From assembly GCA_000004985.1 (NCBI GenBank), contig GG739069.1: DNA of 8,453 nt, one strand, 5' to 3'. The DNA is from Naegleria gruberi (Eukaryota). A program made the translations under genes and the position numbers. Positions 6,815 to 8,453 of this stretch are shown one piece after another. The notes below the pieces were generated by a model. The model did no database searches and was not told where the DNA came from. It saw only the letters and a program-made list of their open reading frames with translations. The first letter of the stretch is position 1. Every line of letters starts with the position of its first letter.

Positions 6815-6958
6815 ATTCATTACCTCAAAATGTGAAATATCAGCCCAATTCCAAGTTCTAACAAGGGAAACCTTAGATGCTCACATGACCAACACTTGAG
6901 TTTCTAAGGCTATGAAATCCAATTCAGCAAATTATTAATTTACAAAAATCAAAAAAAA

Positions 6959-7387
6959 ATGTATAATCACTGTCATCAGCACAATGATACGTTTGATCGT
7001 GGTGATGATTGGAGCGAGAATTGTCCCGATTTTGCTCTCCTCTCTCCAACAAACAGTTCATTCAAAAATCTCTCCTCCGATATTATTTGTTATATTGTTT
7101 TTCAATATTTGGATTACAAAACAATTACAAGTTGTTTATTATTGAATAAGGAATATTATGGAAAGATTGCAAATAATAGATTTCTTTTTATTAATATGTA
7201 TAACGAGTTATTTATTAATAAGAGAATTGCATTATCATCAGTGCAACTACCAGTACTATTTAATTGTGTATCTTTCAGTTCAGCAAATAATGAGTTATCC
7301 AGTAATTGTGAGAGAATGCTTTTGCAATCTGGGAGAATGACAGATGAAAAATTGGAATGTATTAGAAAAAAGTGGCAAGAATCAATT
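6959..7387 (+). CDS. F-box-like protein segment (first part of a putative F-box/LRR gene), ends at an in-frame TAG
   Basis: The ATG at 6959 follows an A9 run. The 143 codons include FKNLSSDIICYIVFQYLDYKTITSCLLLNKEYYGKIANNRFLF. This fits a degenerate F-box pattern (L..[DE][IL][IL]..I...L.....[IL]....L.NK..Y.......[FL][FW]), with the usual Pro and Trp replaced. TAG at 7388-7390 follows, and the same frame then reopens. Confidence 0.65.
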
Positions 7388-7390
7388 TAG

Positions 7391-7715
7391 AAAATGACTC
7401 AACGCAGCACTAGTATTAAGAATGAAAAACAACTACTGTTGAATATTATCAAAAAGATTATCAAAGACAGATTGGATATTTTAAAATTCTTTAAAAATGA
7501 ATTGAAAAGTGCACAAATAGGAGATGGAAAAATGAGACCAGCAGTTGAACTGGTCAAGGAAACACAGGACATTATTGAAAAATTGAAAACTTTTGAAGAA
7601 TTATCGTTGAGCTATCCAAGTTCTAATTACTTTCATGAATCGTTTAATAATTATATAATAGAACAACAGGAAGCTTACGAACCAATTGAGTTGAATAATA
7701 TTATTTCCATACGAG
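7391..7715 (+). CDS. Middle segment of the putative F-box/LRR gene (same frame as 6959-7387)
   Basis: The frame is open for 108 codons immediately after the TAG (KMTQRSTSIKNEKQLLLNIIKKIIKDRLDILKFFKNELKSAQ...EPIELNNIISIR). It ends at CGAG|GTTAGT. The track calls it as a separate ORF from the ATG at 7394, only 3 nt after the stop. That is too close for an independent eukaryotic gene. Confidence 0.55.
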
Positions 7716-7760
7716 GTTAGTTTCTTCTTCTTCTTTCAAGTTTGAAAAAATTTTATGTAG
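7716..7760 (+). other. Spliceosomal intron (45 nt, phase 1) in the F-box/LRR gene
   Basis: The donor is GTTAGT, followed by the pyrimidine tract TTTCTTCTTCTTCTTTC, and the acceptor is ATGTAG ending at 7760. I count 11 G/C in 45 nt. The in-frame TAG at 7718-7720 lies inside the donor. Splicing gives ...IISIR-E-NTKSTNDYV... Confidence 0.7.
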
Positions 7761-8453
7761 AAAATACCAAGTCAACCAATGATTATGTACGAAATTCCTG
7801 TTATACTTCTATTTCAATACTAAAATATTTCAAAAATCTTAAATTTCTCTATCTAGCTGGATATTGTGATTTTCAAGAGCCAGTTAAATTGAACAACTTG
7901 AAAGTATTAATTATAAGAACAGGAGTAATGGAAAATTCCATGTTACAATCAATTCTTAACTGCTCATTCCCACAATTGAAACATTTAGAATTATGGTTAG
8001 GGTCACCCTGTCAAATAAGAAGTAAAATGATCGACCTGTCACATTACAATAATGATATTACAGAAAAAAATTTAACAGAACTGCTTTCAGAATCAGATAA
8101 TGGAAAGTATCCAACATTAGAATATTTTGGTCTGAGAAATACTTATAATATTCCACAACTCTTACCACTTATTATGAAATCAAATATTGCAAAAAGAGTT
8201 AGAGTATTGGATTTATCATTATCAGGTTCAATAACAGAAAATGATGCTCTATTTATTGCAGAGCAAATCCAATTACAGAGAAAAGAATTCACATTGTTAG
8301 AATTTGTTGATTTGAGATATAATAATATTCAACTTGAAAATAATCCGAATAGGGATATCGTGATTCAACAAATTGAAGAGGAATTCAACAAAATAGGAAT
8401 TGCAGTTGATGTATCAAAATCTGATTATTGTAGAATGCAGAACATGAAATTGT
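7761..8453 (+). CDS. Leucine-rich-repeat C-terminal region of the F-box/LRR gene, partial (continues past right edge)
   Basis: I checked 230 consecutive codons one by one and found no stop: NTKSTNDYVRNSCYTSISILKYFKNLKFLYLAGYCDFQEPVKLNNLKVLIIRTGVMENSMLQSILNCSFPQLKHLELWLGSP...YPTLEYFGLRNTYNIPQLLPLIMKSNIAKRVRVLDLSLSGSITENDALFIAEQI...LLEFVDLRYNNIQLENN...IGIAVDVSKSDY. LxxLxLxx(N/G) repeats recur. The ORF track omits it because it has no stop in the window. Confidence 0.8.

Noticed and set aside
1466-6959. All three plus-strand coding starts or fragments (1466, 5894, 6959) fall in the same absolute reading frame.
   Set aside because: With three items this has roughly a 1 in 9 chance. The N run makes the first comparison meaningless, and separate genes have no reason to share phase.
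7158-7340. Plus-strand ORF 7158-7340 in an alternative frame inside the F-box segment.
   Set aside because: It is out of phase with the longer frame that carries the F-box pattern, and it has no features of its own.
7372-7390. The shared GTGGCAAGAA-N6-TAG units begin with GT and end with AG, so they could be 19-nt micro-introns of the kind reported for tiny-intron genomes such as nucleomorphs and some ciliates.
   Set aside because: Nineteen is not a multiple of three while both flanks share one frame. Removing the unit gives an immediate stop at 7372-7390 (AAA AAA AAA TGA) and would likewise shift the frame at 6040-6058. The verified introns here are 45-133 nt.
7716-7856. An alternative 141-nt intron from the GTTAGT donor to the CTATCTAG acceptor at 7856.
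   Set aside because: The frame is open from 7761 and encodes LRR-like sequence (SILKYFKNLKFLYLAGY) before 7856. The 45-nt intron ending at 7760 matches the size and composition of the other short intron.
1-8453. A prokaryotic reading of the window: operon, toxin-antitoxin or defence island, CRISPR.
   Set aside because: The cysteine motif requires spliceosomal introns. The window has a eukaryotic-type 5S gene with an oligo-T terminator, A-run start contexts instead of Shine-Dalgarno sites, and Zn(2)-Cys(6) and F-box domains. There is no direct-repeat and spacer periodicity anywhere in the readable sequence.

Overview
This is eukaryotic nuclear DNA, almost certainly fungal. It is AT-rich, compact, and has short spliceosomal introns. 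It is not a prokaryotic operon, so the bacterial-style ORF track misleads in several places. Only about 4.3 kb is readable: positions 1778-5892 are a 4,115-nt run of N, and the two ORFs over 1,300 aa in the track come from translating N. Contents, left to right: (1) a three-exon Zn(2)-Cys(6) transcription factor on the minus strand (ATG at 1134, introns of 49 and 133 nt, runs off the left edge); (2) a 331-bp divergent promoter; (3) the 5' end of a plus-strand gene with a G/A/P-rich N-terminus that runs into the gap; (4) after the gap, the 3' end of a plus-strand gene (TAA at 6614-6616) with one in-frame TAG; (5) a 43-nt tRNA(GUU)-like 5' half with no T arm or 3' acceptor strand; (6) a complete 5S rRNA gene on the minus strand (6696-6814) with a T7 terminator, invisible to the ORF track; (7) a plus-strand F-box plus leucine-rich-repeat gene (ATG 6959, runs off the right edge) with one convincing 45-nt intron and one unexplained in-frame TAG. 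I see no CRISPR array, transposon or defence-type system in the readable sequence, and I cannot claim a new system. Three things are most worth checking. First, the in-frame TAGs at 6056 and 7388 join same-frame ORFs, and each is preceded at identical spacing by GTGGCAAGAA (W-Q-E, then Ser from different codons). Second, the half-tRNA lies tail-to-tail with the 5S gene. Third, the LRR module looks bacterial-type from memory. What lies in the 4.1-kb gap is unknowable from this window.
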